The notes: a model not told the origin generated them from the letters alone. A stretch of DNA of 64,000 nucleotides from Chitinophagales bacterium (GCA_030832085.1 JAURJU010000030.1:20309-84308), one strand, 5' to 3'; shown: positions 18,644 to 29,018, counted from the stretch's first letter. Numbers and translations are program-made.

Positions 18644-19717
18644 TTATTGTATTGTCGCCCTTGCCCCTATGACCAGATCATCCTCAACATTGGTTGCCAA
18701 CTGGCCATCCTTGTTGGTGATGAGCTGAAGAAAGTTGAGGATATTTTTTCCGTAGAGCTTGCTGGCATCTGAAGGCATGGTTGCAGGCAGGTTGCTGTCT
18801 CCAATGATGGTCAGTCCATCATAATGAATGGTTTCCCTGTCCTTGGTCACGGGCGTATTGCCTCCCGTTGATGCAGCAAGGTCAACAATCACACTTCCCC
18901 TGCGCATGGCAGTCATCATTTCCTCAGTGATGAGGATTGGGGCTTTTTTGCCTGGAATCTGTGCAGTGGTGATGATGATGTCCGCCTTTGCAACACTTTC
19001 GGCAATTTTGGCCTGTTGGTTTCTTTTGTATTCTTCTGATTGTTCAACCGCATATCCACCAGCAGCAGAAGCATCTGCAGCACCGGGTACTTCGATGAAT
19101 TTGGCACCCAAACTTTGTACTTCTTCCTTCACGGCAGGCCTTGTGTCAAACACCTCGACCACAGCACCCAATCGCTTGGATGTTGCGATGGCCTGAAGAC
19201 CTGCAACACCTGCACCCAGGATCAATACTTTTGCTGGAGCAACGCTTCCTGCAGCAGTCATGAACATTGGAAAATACCGCCCATACGCATTTGCGGCAGT
19301 AAGAACAGCTTTGTACCCGGCAATATTGGCCTGACTGGAAAGGATGTCCATGCTCTGTGCCCTGGTTGTACGTGGCAACAGCTCCATGCTGAACACAACA
19401 GCACCCTTGCTGGTCCAATCCTTGATGCGATCGGTTTGAAACCTGGCCTGGTACATGCCAATCAATACTACACCATTCCGTATTTCAATGGATGGGGCGT
19501 GAATAGAAAGGATGACGTCCGCCTTAGCAGCGATCTCTTCAGCAGATTTGATTGCTGCACCTGCGGATCGATAATCGTCATCTGAGCAGAATGCGTTCAA
19601 TCCAGCTCCGCTTTCGATCCAAACAGTTGTATTCTTCTTTATGAGTTGCGCAGCGCCTTCTGCAATAAGGGAGACCCTTGTTTCGGGGGCAGCTTCTTTT
19701 AAAACACCAACGATCAT
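18644..19717 (-). CDS. pntA: NAD(P) transhydrogenase alpha subunit part 1 (NAD-binding dI)
   Basis: LPRTTRAQSMDILSSQANIAGYKAV, GAGVAGLQAI, GGYA, TTAQIPGKKAP. Start set at ATG 19717. Confidence 0.93.
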   Translation of the reverse strand: MIVGVLKEAAPETRVSLIAEGAAQLIKKNTTVWIESGAGLNAFCSDDDYRSAGAAIKSAEEIAAKADVILSIHAPSIEIRNGVVLIGMYQARFQTDRIKDWTSKGAVVFSMELLPRTTRAQSMDILSSQANIAGYKAVLTAANAYGRYFPMFMTAAGSVAPAKVLILGAGVAGLQAIATSKRLGAVVEVFDTRPAVKEEVQSLGAKFIEVPGAADASAAGGYAVEQSEEYKRNQQAKIAESVAKADIIITTAQIPGKKAPILITEEMMTAMRRGSVIVDLAASTGGNTPVTKDRETIHYDGLTIIGDSNLPATMPSDASKLYGKNILNFLQLITNKDGQLATNVEDDLVIGARATIQ

Positions 19718-19775
19718 GGGGATAGTTTGAGTGAGCAAAGCTAATCAAATATCTGATGCGCCATGTGCCCACAAA

Positions 19776-20573
19776 TTAGAAGCGAATGGCAAAATCGAGC
19801 TTTTCCTTGAATTCTTTTCTAAAAAAAACGATGCCGATAAAAAATAAATCTATGGTGCAGGCCACTTGTTCATTTTTTTTAATTTCTGACCAAGCCTTTT
19901 CCATTTCAGGACTCCAGTGCACATCGTCAAAAATGAGGATGTCATCGTTGGACATTATCTTCAACGCAGTATAGAAATAGTCCATCGTTGGCTGATATTG
20001 GTGATTGCCATCAAAAAACACAAGTTTTTTCCCACGCATGGATGCCAGGGCGCCAGACAGAAGATCCTTGAAATCTCCGGTTTGCAACGAAACATTTTGA
20101 ACGCCCTCCTCTTCCAGGCATTGTTTTGTAAACGCTGCAATTCCAGGAGCCCCTTCGATGGTAACAATACCATCGCTTGGGGCAGCGAGTGACAGGTACC
20201 TTGTTGTAAGGCCGAGTGAGGTGCCCAGTTCCAGCACCGAATCGATTCGATAATAACGGACCATCCTGAACAGCAGTTTGGCAAATTTGGCAGGTTTTGC
20301 TGCACTGCGGGCAATGGAAGAAACCGATCTCTGCTTGCTGTTGCCCGAAACGGAGCCAGCCCCAAGATCAAGCACATCAAGCATTTGCTGCGATGTTGAA
20401 AGGAATGCCCGCTTTGCCTCTATGCGGGAAAATCCGGCATCAACTTGCTTCCCATGCAAGACATTGGTGATGAAATCAAATACAAAGGGCGAGTGAACCC
20501 CATGGCCTTTTCCACTGGAAGATTTAACCAGGTAAACGCAGTATTTCCAGGCCAGTTGTGCTGAATTGTACAT
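19776..20573 (-). CDS. Class I SAM-dependent methyltransferase (Methyltransf_24-like)
   Basis: GHGVHSPFVF, LELGTSLG, FFDGNH, IFDDVHWS, TIDLFFIGIVF. Start moved to ATG 20573 to avoid overlap with folA. Confidence 0.8.
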   Translation of the reverse strand: MYNSAQLAWKYCVYLVKSSSGKGHGVHSPFVFDFITNVLHGKQVDAGFSRIEAKRAFLSTSQQMLDVLDLGAGSVSGNSKQRSVSSIARSAAKPAKFAKLLFRMVRYYRIDSVLELGTSLGLTTRYLSLAAPSDGIVTIEGAPGIAAFTKQCLEEEGVQNVSLQTGDFKDLLSGALASMRGKKLVFFDGNHQYQPTMDYFYTALKIMSNDDILIFDDVHWSPEMEKAWSEIKKNEQVACTIDLFFIGIVFFRKEFKEKLDFAIRF

Positions 20574-20580
20574 GGTAATG

Positions 20581-21099
20581 TTAGAGGGCTGCCCTGTCAA
20601 CCCTTTCCCAGGTTTCAAACGTATAGGCATGGACATGTTTTTCATCAGCAGGCATGTCAACTGCATCGGCCAATTTGAATTCGGAATTGCTGAACGATGG
20701 GAAAAATGTATCAGCGGTTGGGAATTTACCATGCACCCTGGTCATGTAAATGCGGTCTGTAAGGGCCATGCTTTGCCGGTAAATGTCACCCCCTCCAATG
20801 ATAAATGCTTCATTGCAATCTGTTGTCTTTGCCAATGTAATCGCATCCTCAAGTCCTGAAGCTGCCCAAAGGTTGTCCATTACAGGCAATGACGATGGAT
20901 TCCTGCTGATGACAATATTGATCCTTCCAGGCAAAATCCTTGAAGCCATGGACTCGAAAGTCTTTCTTCCCATGATGACGGGCATACCCCAGGTGAGGTT
21001 CTTGAAAAACCGCATATCATTGGGAAGTTTCCAAAGCAGTGCGTTGCCGTCGCCGATGGCATTTTCTGCAGAGGCTGCTACAACTATTGAGATGATCAT
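20581..21099 (-). CDS. folA: Dihydrofolate reductase
   Basis: IG.GNALLWKLPNDMRFFK, MGRKTFES, LPGRINIV, IIGGG.IY, DTFFP. Confidence 0.95.
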   Translation of the reverse strand: MIISIVVAASAENAIGDGNALLWKLPNDMRFFKNLTWGMPVIMGRKTFESMASRILPGRINIVISRNPSSLPVMDNLWAASGLEDAITLAKTTDCNEAFIIGGGDIYRQSMALTDRIYMTRVHGKFPTADTFFPSFSNSEFKLADAVDMPADEKHVHAYTFETWERVDRAAL

Positions 21100-21117
21100 C
21101 TATTAGTTTTTCAATTG

Positions 21118-21912
21118 TTAAACCGCAACTGGCGCCTTGATGCCGGGATGCGACTGGTACCCCTCCAGTGTAAAGTCATCAAAATGAAATCCAAAAATAT
21201 CTTTAACGGATGGGTTGATTTTCATGGTTGGCAATGGAAAAGGCGTTCTCGTCAACTGCAGTTGCGCCTGCTCGAAATGATTGTTGTAGAGATGCACATC
21301 TCCAAAACTGTGGACAAAGTCACCAGGTTCAAGCCCGCAGACCTGTGCAATCATCATCGTCAGCAATGCATATGAGGCGATGTTGAATGGTACACCCAAA
21401 AAAACATCTGCAGATCGCTGATACAGCTGACAGGAAAGTTTTCCATTGGCTACATAAAATTGAAAAAGGGTATGACAGGGCATCAATGCCATCTGCGACA
21501 GCTCAGCCACGTTCCACGCACTTACAATCAGCCTTCTGCTGTCTGGATTGCTTTTGATCTGTGCGATCAAATCAGTAATCTGGTCATACACTTTACCATC
21601 TACTCCTTCCCATGATCGCCATTGTTTGCCGTAAACAGGTCCAAGCTCCCCATGTTCATCTGCCCACTCATCCCAAATGCCTACCCCATTGTCCTTGAGG
21701 TATCTGATGTTGGTTTCTCCTTTGAGAAACCAGAGCAACTCATGGATGATGCTCCTGAGGTGCAACTTCTTGGTGGTCACCATTGGAAAACCATCCTGAA
21801 GGTCAAAACGCATCTGATAACCGAAAACGCTTCGGGTTCCAGTGCCGGTTCTGTCGCTTTTATCAGTTCCCTTCTCGAGAATATGCTTTATCAGGTCCAA
21901 ATATTGTTGCAT
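21118..21912 (-). CDS. thyA: Thymidylate synthase
   Basis: [44 protein letters not shown]. Confidence 0.97.
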   Translation of the reverse strand: MQQYLDLIKHILEKGTDKSDRTGTGTRSVFGYQMRFDLQDGFPMVTTKKLHLRSIIHELLWFLKGETNIRYLKDNGVGIWDEWADEHGELGPVYGKQWRSWEGVDGKVYDQITDLIAQIKSNPDSRRLIVSAWNVAELSQMALMPCHTLFQFYVANGKLSCQLYQRSADVFLGVPFNIASYALLTMMIAQVCGLEPGDFVHSFGDVHLYNNHFEQAQLQLTRTPFPLPTMKINPSVKDIFGFHFDDFTLEGYQSHPGIKAPVAV

Positions 21913-21925
21913 GCCTATCGCTTTT

Positions 21926-23536
21926 TTATTTGATCAGTTCCTGAATTGCACTGCCTACGTTGCCACTGGGCATTTGTACCTTCAAGAGTGCCGCCAAGGT
22001 AGCGGCAATGTCACTCATGAACACCTTCCTGTTGGTCAGGCCTTGTTTCACGCCCCAGCCCATCCAAAGCAAGGGTATATGGGAATCATAGGGAAACATG
22101 GATCCATGTGTGGTTCCAGTGCTGCTGTTGCTGAAAAAATACCCAGGTTTGTATACCACCTGGATATCACCTCCCAATTTGTGGTTGAACCCCTTGATGA
22201 ACATTTCCTTGAATTCAGCAGGAAGATTGGCTGCATTGATGTGTTCATTGTCAAAAGCCAACAATACATCCTCGTCTCTGTTCAGTTCGGCAATGAGGTG
22301 AGACTTTACTGTCCAAAAATCCAAGCCTGCAGAATCAATGGATTTCCTGTTCAGGTACAATTGATAATTGGCAGATGCCTCCACCAGTTTTTTCAAACCA
22401 AATTTCTTCATGGTGGCCTCTTCAGGCTTCTTGTTGCTCTTCATTGTTTTTCCAGGGATTTGGTGCTGCTGAAGAAAAGCAGGCACGTGCGCAACAGCGT
22501 GGTCTGCGGTCATGAAGAAGAGATAATTACCCTTGCCGACTTTCATGTCCAGGTAGTTGAAAAACAATTCCAGTTCCTTGTCGAGCTTGATGTAATTGTC
22601 TTCAATTTCCACAGCATTGGGACCAAAAGCATGACCAATATAGTCTGGAGAAGATAAACTGATGGCCAAAAAATCGGGTATGCTGTCCATTCCCATAGAC
22701 TCCGCTTCCACAGCAGCCCTGGAGAAAGCCAGGGTCAGTGTATTCCCCCATGGTGTAGAGGATATGGCACCGTAGTTCTTGCCAATGTTGGATGCAAGGC
22801 TGCGGGGAAATGGGTTTTTGAAATACGAAGGATTGGTCACATCACTCTGCGCATAGGTTTCCATGGAATGGCTTAGGCTCCAAGGTTGGGCATACAAGGA
22901 ATCCACTACCTTTCTGCTGTTGAATGCAGCGGCCCATGGAGACAAGGCTTTCATGTACCAGGTGCTTGACACAAAATTACCAGAACTGGGCTCATACCAA
23001 TAGGCTCCATCTGCAGCATGCCCAGCAGGCAAAATGCTTCCCCGGTCTTTGATGGCAACACCAATGACCTTTGACCTGAAATTCGTTGCCAATTCAAGCT
23101 CATCAGTAATGGTGGTTGCGATGAGGTTTTTGGGTGACATGGGCTCGCCCTTGCCTGTTCCACCTACAATTTTGACTGAATCATCCTCAACACAATATAC
23201 ATCCCGGCCAAGCGCCCTGTTGTACCACTCATTTCCCATGATGCCATTGATGGCAGGAACTGAACCGGTATACACACTGGCATGGCCTGCTGCTGTTACG
23301 GTCTGCGCGTAAGAAATTTGTGTATTCTCACATGAAAAACCTTCACGCAGGATTCTTTTGAATCCATTGGCCCCATAGCGGTGCTGAAACCGGTAAAGGT
23401 AATCCCAGCGCATCTGATCCACCATTACTCCTACAATCAATTTGGGCGCTGGAGATGAAGCTGGTTTTTTTTGCGCGAATCCAACAGCACAGCCCAACAG
23501 CATCATTCCTGCGAGGAAAAGTTTATTTCTTGACAT
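21926..23536 (-). CDS. pafA: Alkaline phosphatase PafA
   Basis: Signal peptide, VDQMRWDY, Thr nucleophile [11 protein letters not shown] motif, [23 protein letters not shown]. Confidence 0.88.
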   Translation of the reverse strand: MSRNKLFLAGMMLLGCAVGFAQKKPASSPAPKLIVGVMVDQMRWDYLYRFQHRYGANGFKRILREGFSCENTQISYAQTVTAAGHASVYTGSVPAINGIMGNEWYNRALGRDVYCVEDDSVKIVGGTGKGEPMSPKNLIATTITDELELATNFRSKVIGVAIKDRGSILPAGHAADGAYWYEPSSGNFVSSTWYMKALSPWAAAFNSRKVVDSLYAQPWSLSHSMETYAQSDVTNPSYFKNPFPRSLASNIGKNYGAISSTPWGNTLTLAFSRAAVEAESMGMDSIPDFLAISLSSPDYIGHAFGPNAVEIEDNYIKLDKELELFFNYLDMKVGKGNYLFFMTADHAVAHVPAFLQQHQIPGKTMKSNKKPEEATMKKFGLKKLVEASANYQLYLNRKSIDSAGLDFWTVKSHLIAELNRDEDVLLAFDNEHINAANLPAEFKEMFIKGFNHKLGGDIQVVYKPGYFFSNSSTGTTHGSMFPYDSHIPLLWMGWGVKQGLTNRKVFMSDIAATLAALLKVQMPSGNVGSAIQELIK

Positions 23537-23554
23537 GATTTCAATTTTGCCTTA

Positions 23555-23578
23555 CAAAGGTAGGGTAATGCAAAGCTA
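23555..23578 (-). promoter_or_regulatory. Tandem candidate -7 elements for pafA-thyA-folA
   Basis: TACCTTTG (23555-23562) and TAGCTTTG (23571-23578) on minus strand. Confidence 0.45.
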
Positions 23579-23632
23579 TGCATATCCGCATTTTATGAAC
23601 ATCCTCACGGAGAATGGTATTTTTAAAATTTT

Positions 23633-23640
23633 TATATTTG
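23633..23640 (+). promoter_or_regulatory. -7 element for the SulA/CapB-like gene
   Basis: TATATTTG 30 nt upstream of ATG 23671. Confidence 0.55.
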
Positions 23641-23670
23641 CAGGAATACAAGAACCAAAATTTCTAGACA

Positions 23671-24927
23671 ATGGGAGATATTTTTGAAAGACTGATCAAG
23701 AACTACGGGCCGCTTGGTCAACACCGTGAACGGGCACATGGATATTTTGCATTCCCAAAGCTGGAAGGAGAAATTGGCACCAGGATGAATTTCAGGGGGA
23801 AAGAAAAAATTGTCTGGAGCCTGAACAATTACCTGGGCCTGGCCAATCACCCTGAAGTAAGGAAAGCGGATGCAGATGCTGCTGCAGCATATGGACTTGC
23901 TTCACCCATGGGAGCCAGAATGATGAGCGGCAACACCAATCACCATGAGGAGTTGGAGCGGCAACTTGCCGCATTTGAGATGAAAGAGGACTCCATCCTG
24001 CTCAATTTTGGATACCAGGGAATCCTGAGCCTGATTGACACCCTTTGCTCCCGACACGACGTCATTGTATACGATGCCGAATGCCATGCCTGTATCATCG
24101 ATGGCCTGAGGCTGCACCAGGGTCACCGTTTTGTTTTCAAGCACAACGAAATCGATGACTGCGAAAAACAACTTCAGCGGGCTACCGCCTTGATTGAAAA
24201 ACAAAATGCAGGGGGGATTTTGCTCATTACCGAAGGTGTATTTGGGATGGCGGGAGACCAGGGTAAATTGAAGGAGATTGCTGCGCTCAGGCCCAAATAT
24301 TCATTCAGGCTTTTGGTAGACGATGCCCATGGTTTTGGCACCTTGGGGGAAACCGGTGCAGGAGCTGGTGAAGCGCAAGGCGTTCAGGATGAAATCGATC
24401 TCTACTTTTCAACCTTTGCCAAATCAATGGCTTCCATTGGCGCTTTCGTTGCAGGCCCCAAACAAATCATTGATTATGTTCGCTACAACATCAGAAGCCA
24501 GATTTTTGCCAAATCCCTTCCGATGCCATTGGTCATTGGTAACCTCAAAAGACTAGAACTGCTCAAAACACAGCCAGCCCTCAAAGCAAAACTGTGGGAA
24601 AATGCACTGAAACTTCAAAATGGACTGAAAGAAAAGGGGTTCGATATTGGGAAAACGGATTCCGTGGTTACTCCTGTTTACATGAAGGGTGGTGTTGAAG
24701 AGGCTACCCATATGGTTACAGACCTGAGAGAGAATTACAACATTTTTTGCTCTATTGTAGTGTACCCGGTTATTCCCAAAGGGCATATTATTTATCGGTT
24801 GATACCCACTGCAGTTCATACTGACCTGGAAATCCAATTGACACTGACAGCTTTTGAGGAAACCAAAAAGAAGTTGGATGAAGGGCTCTATAAAAATGAG
24901 GCTATTGCACAAATGGCTGAAATTTAA
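23671..24927 (+). CDS. PLP alpha-oxoamine synthase, cysteate acyltransferase (SulA/CapB/Fjoh_2419-like; sulfonolipid biosynthesis)
   Basis: HGYFAFPKLEGEIG, WSLNNYLGLANHPEVRKAD, PMGARMMSG, LLNFGYQG, DDAHG, PLP Lys in TFAKS, second Lys in RSQIFAKSLPMP. From recollection this matches Alistipes SulA far better than BioF, Kbl or SPT. Confidence 0.8.
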   Translation: MGDIFERLIKNYGPLGQHRERAHGYFAFPKLEGEIGTRMNFRGKEKIVWSLNNYLGLANHPEVRKADADAAAAYGLASPMGARMMSGNTNHHEELERQLAAFEMKEDSILLNFGYQGILSLIDTLCSRHDVIVYDAECHACIIDGLRLHQGHRFVFKHNEIDDCEKQLQRATALIEKQNAGGILLITEGVFGMAGDQGKLKEIAALRPKYSFRLLVDDAHGFGTLGETGAGAGEAQGVQDEIDLYFSTFAKSMASIGAFVAGPKQIIDYVRYNIRSQIFAKSLPMPLVIGNLKRLELLKTQPALKAKLWENALKLQNGLKEKGFDIGKTDSVVTPVYMKGGVEEATHMVTDLRENYNIFCSIVVYPVIPKGHIIYRLIPTAVHTDLEIQLTLTAFEETKKKLDEGLYKNEAIAQMAEI

Positions 24928-24933
24928 ATCATC

Positions 24934-24959
24934 ATCCCTGCCTCGGCAGGGATTTTTTT
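24934..24959 (+). terminator. Intrinsic terminator after the SulA-like gene
   Basis: ATCCCTGC-CTCG-GCAGGGAT stem-loop followed by a T run. Confidence 0.85.
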
Positions 24960-25188
24960 GCCAAGGCATTTCGCTCGCTGGCAAAAAAGGACCGGATAGA
25001 AATCCAGCCCCTTTTTAAATCCAATTTCCTTTGAAAGACCAAGACAATAACGCGTTGCAGTACTGGGATATTGCCCAGTTCGGGGAATCAATGTTTAATT
25101 TTTTAAAACTTCCACAAACCTCCAAATAAATGTCTCCATATCTAACCTTTGCATTGTTTTGTTGTTAATCAAGTAAATAGGCCATTAC

Positions 25189-25746
25189 ATGAGAAAAGTT
25201 GTCGTTGCAGTAACCGGAGCCAGCGGATCAATTTATGCCGATCTGTTGATCAAGAAAATGAAAGCCATCAAGGAGCAATGGACCGACTTGTCAATAATTT
25301 TAACCGACAATGCAAAGGAGGTATGGCGCACAGAGCTTGGCAACGACAGTTTTACAATGCTGGATCTTCCTGTATTCGGAAAAAAGGATTTCAATGCACC
25401 TTTTGCATCAGGATCAGGCCAATATGATACCATGATCATCATTCCCTGTTCAATGGGTACACTGGGCAGAATCGCAGCAGGTGTTTCAAACGACCTGATA
25501 TCAAGAGCGGCAGATGTTGTATTGAAGGAAAGAAGAAAACTCATTTGTGTTGCCAGGGAAACCCCTTACAACCTTGTTCATCTCAGGAACATGGAGACCA
25601 TCACACTTGCTGGAGGAATCATTTGTCCTGCAACCCCTTCTTTTTACAGCAACCCCAAAACCGTTGAGGAAACAGTAATGACCGTTGTGGACCGTGTACT
25701 CGATCTTGCGGGATTTGATATCAAGGCTTACCGGTGGGGAGCATAA
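25189..25746 (+). CDS. ubiX: Flavin prenyltransferase UbiX
   Basis: VAVTGASGSIY, APFASGS, IPCSMGTLGRIA, RAADVVLKERRKL, RETP, PATPSFY. Confidence 0.93.
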   Translation: MRKVVVAVTGASGSIYADLLIKKMKAIKEQWTDLSIILTDNAKEVWRTELGNDSFTMLDLPVFGKKDFNAPFASGSGQYDTMIIIPCSMGTLGRIAAGVSNDLISRAADVVLKERRKLICVARETPYNLVHLRNMETITLAGGIICPATPSFYSNPKTVEETVMTVVDRVLDLAGFDIKAYRWGA

Positions 25747-25753
25747 AATTGCA

Positions 25754-26425
25754 TCAACGCAGGTCTATCACCTCGACACCAGGATATTTCTTCAGGTTGA
25801 ACACAAAGCTGTCATCCGGTATTACGGTTGTCGTGGCCATTGTATTGATGGCATAGAGATAGCGGTTGCCATTCTTTTCAAAAATACGCGTGGACATGAT
25901 CACTTTTGTCAGCTTGTCCACTTCAAGGATGACCTTGAAAAATGGTTTGGTCTTGTCGATTGGCGTCAATTCAATGACCTGATATGTTTTGCCAGCCTTT
26001 TTTACTTCAGGATTGAGCATGTAGAGAAAGTCCTTGTCATAAAAATTGGTAAACAACTTCTGTGGGGTGATGGCCCCGCTGCTGTTGTCCAAAGCTGAAA
26101 CCTGCACTTCTTTTGCAGCCATGTCGTAGGTCCAGATGGTTGTACCATCACAAAATATTTCCTGCCCCGTGATGGAAACCCTGTATTTTATGCCTTTCAT
26201 CATGATGGTCCCTGCCTTGGTGCCCTGAACTTTACCCGCAGCATTTTCAATTTTCAACGCAAAGGAGGCTTTTACAGTTTTGAAAGTTTTGAATTTTGCA
26301 CTGACTGCATCAAGCACTTTTTTGGCCTCTGGATCGCTCTTGCCCATTGATTTTGGGGCTTGTGCATGGGTGCAAAAACAAGCAACCGTTATGGAGAAAA
26401 ATACTGACAACAAACGTTTAAACAT
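25754..26425 (-). CDS. lolA: Outer-membrane lipoprotein carrier LolA family protein
   Basis: Signal peptide, KGIKYRV...QEIFCDGTTIWTYD...EVQV, TPQKLF, F.FN.KKYPGVEVIDLR. Downstream of ftsK, the usual synteny. Confidence 0.8.
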   Translation of the reverse strand: MFKRLLSVFFSITVACFCTHAQAPKSMGKSDPEAKKVLDAVSAKFKTFKTVKASFALKIENAAGKVQGTKAGTIMMKGIKYRVSITGQEIFCDGTTIWTYDMAAKEVQVSALDNSSGAITPQKLFTNFYDKDFLYMLNPEVKKAGKTYQVIELTPIDKTKPFFKVILEVDKLTKVIMSTRIFEKNGNRYLYAINTMATTTVIPDDSFVFNLKKYPGVEVIDLR

Positions 26426-26481
26426 GATCATTATTGTTTGAGTAAGCCATCGGCAAATTGGAGACCGGTGCAAAGAAAAGA

Positions 26482-28956
26482 CTATTCCATTGATTTTAAA
26501 AACTGTTCGAGCTCATATTCAGTTTTGAAAAGCACTTCCCGAACCTTACTTCCCTTGCTGGGTCCTACAACTCCAGCGGCTTCGAGCTGGTCCATCAACC
26601 TTCCGGCGCGGTTGTATCCCAGTTTAAGTCTTCGCTGAATAAGTGACGTTGAGCCCATTCCACTTTGAACAATCAGGGACGCCGCCTCGTTGAACAAAGG
26701 ATCCCTGCTCAGCAAATCAATCTCCCTGTCATCCATATCCTTCTCATCCACCACTTCAGGAAGTTCAAATGCGGATGGATATCCTTGCTGACCGCCAATA
26801 AAGTCTGCCACCTTCTCCACTTCAGGAGTGTCTACAAACACGCACTGCACCCGTGTAACTTCTCCCTGATAGGAAACCAGCATGTCTCCCCTTCCTATCA
26901 ACTGCTCTGCACCGCCAACATCCAAAATGGTTCTGCTGTCTATTTTTGAGGATACTTTAAAGGCGATCCGGGCCGGGAAGTTCGCCTTGATGGTTCCTGT
27001 AATAATGTTTACAGAGGGCCTCTGTGTGGCCACAATCAGATGAATGCCAATGGCCCTTGCCAATTGCGCAAGACGGGCTATGGGTGTCTCAATTTCCTTG
27101 CCGGCAGTCATGATCAAATCTGCAAACTCATCAATAACCAGCACGATAAACGGCAAAAACTTGTGTCCTTTCTCGGGATTGAGTTTTCTGTCGGCAAATT
27201 TTTCATTGTACTCCCTGATGTTTCTGCAACCGGCTTCCTTCAAGAGATCGTAGCGCTCATCCATTTCTATGCACAATGCATTCAGGGTATTCACCACCTT
27301 TCTTGTATCGGTGATGATGGCATCATCCTCGCCTGGAAGCTTGGCAAGAAAATGTTTCTCGATGGTGCGGTAAATGCTCAGCTCAACCTTCTTGGGGTCA
27401 ACAAGTACAAACTTCAACTGGGAAGGATGCTTCTTGTAAAGGAGGGAAACCAATATCGCGTTCAAACCCACCGACTTTCCTTGTCCGGTAGCACCTGCCA
27501 TCAACAAGTGCGGCATGGTGGCCAGGTCAACAATGAAATTCTCGTTGTCGATTTTTTTACCCAATGCAATGGGCAATGCAAAGTCATTTTTTTGGAATTT
27601 GTCTGAGGCCAGAAGGGATCTCATGCCCACAATGCTTTTCTTGACATTGGGAACTTCTATACCGATGGTTCCCTTTCCGGGTATTGGAGCAATGATGCGG
27701 ATACCCAATGCTGACAAGCTCAAAGCAATGTCATCCTCAAGGTTCTTGATCCGAGAAATTCTGACACCGGCAGCGGGAACGATTTCATAGAGCGTTACTG
27801 TTGGACCAACGGTTGCAAATATTTTTTGGATTTCGATGTCATAGTTGCGCAGGGTACTCATGATCTGGGTCTTGTTGGCTTCCAGCTCATGTTGATCCAT
27901 CACTATTTTTTCTCCCGTATGCTGTGCCAGCAAATCCAAGGAAGGATACTTGTATCCTTTAAGGTCAGCAATCGGATCATACTTTGGAGAAGCCAATACT
28001 GCAGCAGCTTTGGCAGAAAGGTTTTTTTCCGGGACAACGGGCTTGATTTCCAATGGAGGATCTTCATCCGCACTTTCATCGAGCAGGTCCACCGCTTGTT
28101 CCCATGGAGCGTCCTCAACAGACAGCGTCTCATTTTCAAGATCTTCATTTTTTTCCACCAACTCCAATGGGGCAGCTGCTGCTGCAACTTCCAAAGGGGC
28201 AACAATTTCACTGGGTTGCTTTAAGCTGTTTCCTTCGGTCAGGTCAAGCCTTGGTTGGATCACTTCAGGCGCAACGATTGGAGCAGTATCCTCGGCATCA
28301 AAGGCATGGTCTTGGTCATCTTTTTTCAGAGAGGTAGAAAAAACAGGCCACTTGAAGATTGGATTGAAACGCCAAATTCCATAAGACAACAATGCAAGTG
28401 AAATCAATGCGAAAGTGCCGGTCCATCCGATAACAGCAGTCAGCCAAAAGGCAGCATACTTGCCCAATGCGCCTCCCCAGTTGAATGCAGTGTTCGGTGT
28501 AAAAAAGGAAGCCCCGACACTGAGTACCACCAGGCCTGCAATAAGATAGCGGAGATTTCGAGCTATGGAGAAAATTGGCTTGTCAACCAAAAGGTTGATT
28601 CCCAAAACAAAGAACAAGGAACAAAACAGATAGGAGGCAATTCCAAAACCAAACTCAAAAAACACAAAGGCTGTATAGGCCCCCAGACTGCCCAACAGGT
28701 TGCTGATTTCCAGCTCATTGGGCATGAGTATTTTGGCGCCCATATCCCTTACCATGTCCTGGTCTTCTGTCCAAGTAAATAAGTAGGACGTAAAAGCAGC
28801 GAAAAGAAAAAAACAAAAAAACAACAGTGTGAACCCAAGTATCTTGTGGGTTCGCTCATCATGAACAAGTGATTTGATTTCAACCGTTTCCTCTTTTTCT
28901 TCAATCAGAACTTCAGGATCAGCTGTGTTTTTAGGAGATTTTAAACGGTTACCCAT
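26482..28956 (-). CDS. ftsK: DNA translocase FtsK
   Basis: N-terminal TM region, GPTVTLYE, Walker A GATGQGKS, DPKKVEL, IDEFAD, LARAIGIHLIVATQRPS, gamma domain LGYNRAGRLMDQLE. Start set at ATG 28956. Confidence 0.96.
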   Translation of the reverse strand: MGNRLKSPKNTADPEVLIEEKEETVEIKSLVHDERTHKILGFTLLFFCFFLFAAFTSYLFTWTEDQDMVRDMGAKILMPNELEISNLLGSLGAYTAFVFFEFGFGIASYLFCSLFFVLGINLLVDKPIFSIARNLRYLIAGLVVLSVGASFFTPNTAFNWGGALGKYAAFWLTAVIGWTGTFALISLALLSYGIWRFNPIFKWPVFSTSLKKDDQDHAFDAEDTAPIVAPEVIQPRLDLTEGNSLKQPSEIVAPLEVAAAAAPLELVEKNEDLENETLSVEDAPWEQAVDLLDESADEDPPLEIKPVVPEKNLSAKAAAVLASPKYDPIADLKGYKYPSLDLLAQHTGEKIVMDQHELEANKTQIMSTLRNYDIEIQKIFATVGPTVTLYEIVPAAGVRISRIKNLEDDIALSLSALGIRIIAPIPGKGTIGIEVPNVKKSIVGMRSLLASDKFQKNDFALPIALGKKIDNENFIVDLATMPHLLMAGATGQGKSVGLNAILVSLLYKKHPSQLKFVLVDPKKVELSIYRTIEKHFLAKLPGEDDAIITDTRKVVNTLNALCIEMDERYDLLKEAGCRNIREYNEKFADRKLNPEKGHKFLPFIVLVIDEFADLIMTAGKEIETPIARLAQLARAIGIHLIVATQRPSVNIITGTIKANFPARIAFKVSSKIDSRTILDVGGAEQLIGRGDMLVSYQGEVTRVQCVFVDTPEVEKVADFIGGQQGYPSAFELPEVVDEKDMDDREIDLLSRDPLFNEAASLIVQSGMGSTSLIQRRLKLGYNRAGRLMDQLEAAGVVGPSKGSKVREVLFKTEYELEQFLKSME

Positions 28957-29001
28957 TTGGCATTGAACGGTTTGATGACAGGTGTTGATTGTAATACCCT
29001 T

Positions 29002-29009
29002 CAAAAATA
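29002..29009 (-). promoter_or_regulatory. -7 element for ftsK-lolA
   Basis: TATTTTTG on minus strand in the DUF423-ftsK gap. Confidence 0.45.
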
Positions 29010-29018
29010 CAATTTATT

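Noticed and set aside
20574-20732. N-terminal extension of the methyltransferase ORF overlapping folA
   Set aside because: Artefact of longest-ORF calling; homology-like sequence starts at ATG 20573.
21842-22657. 271-aa plus-strand ORF
   Set aside because: Antisense shadow of pafA/thyA.
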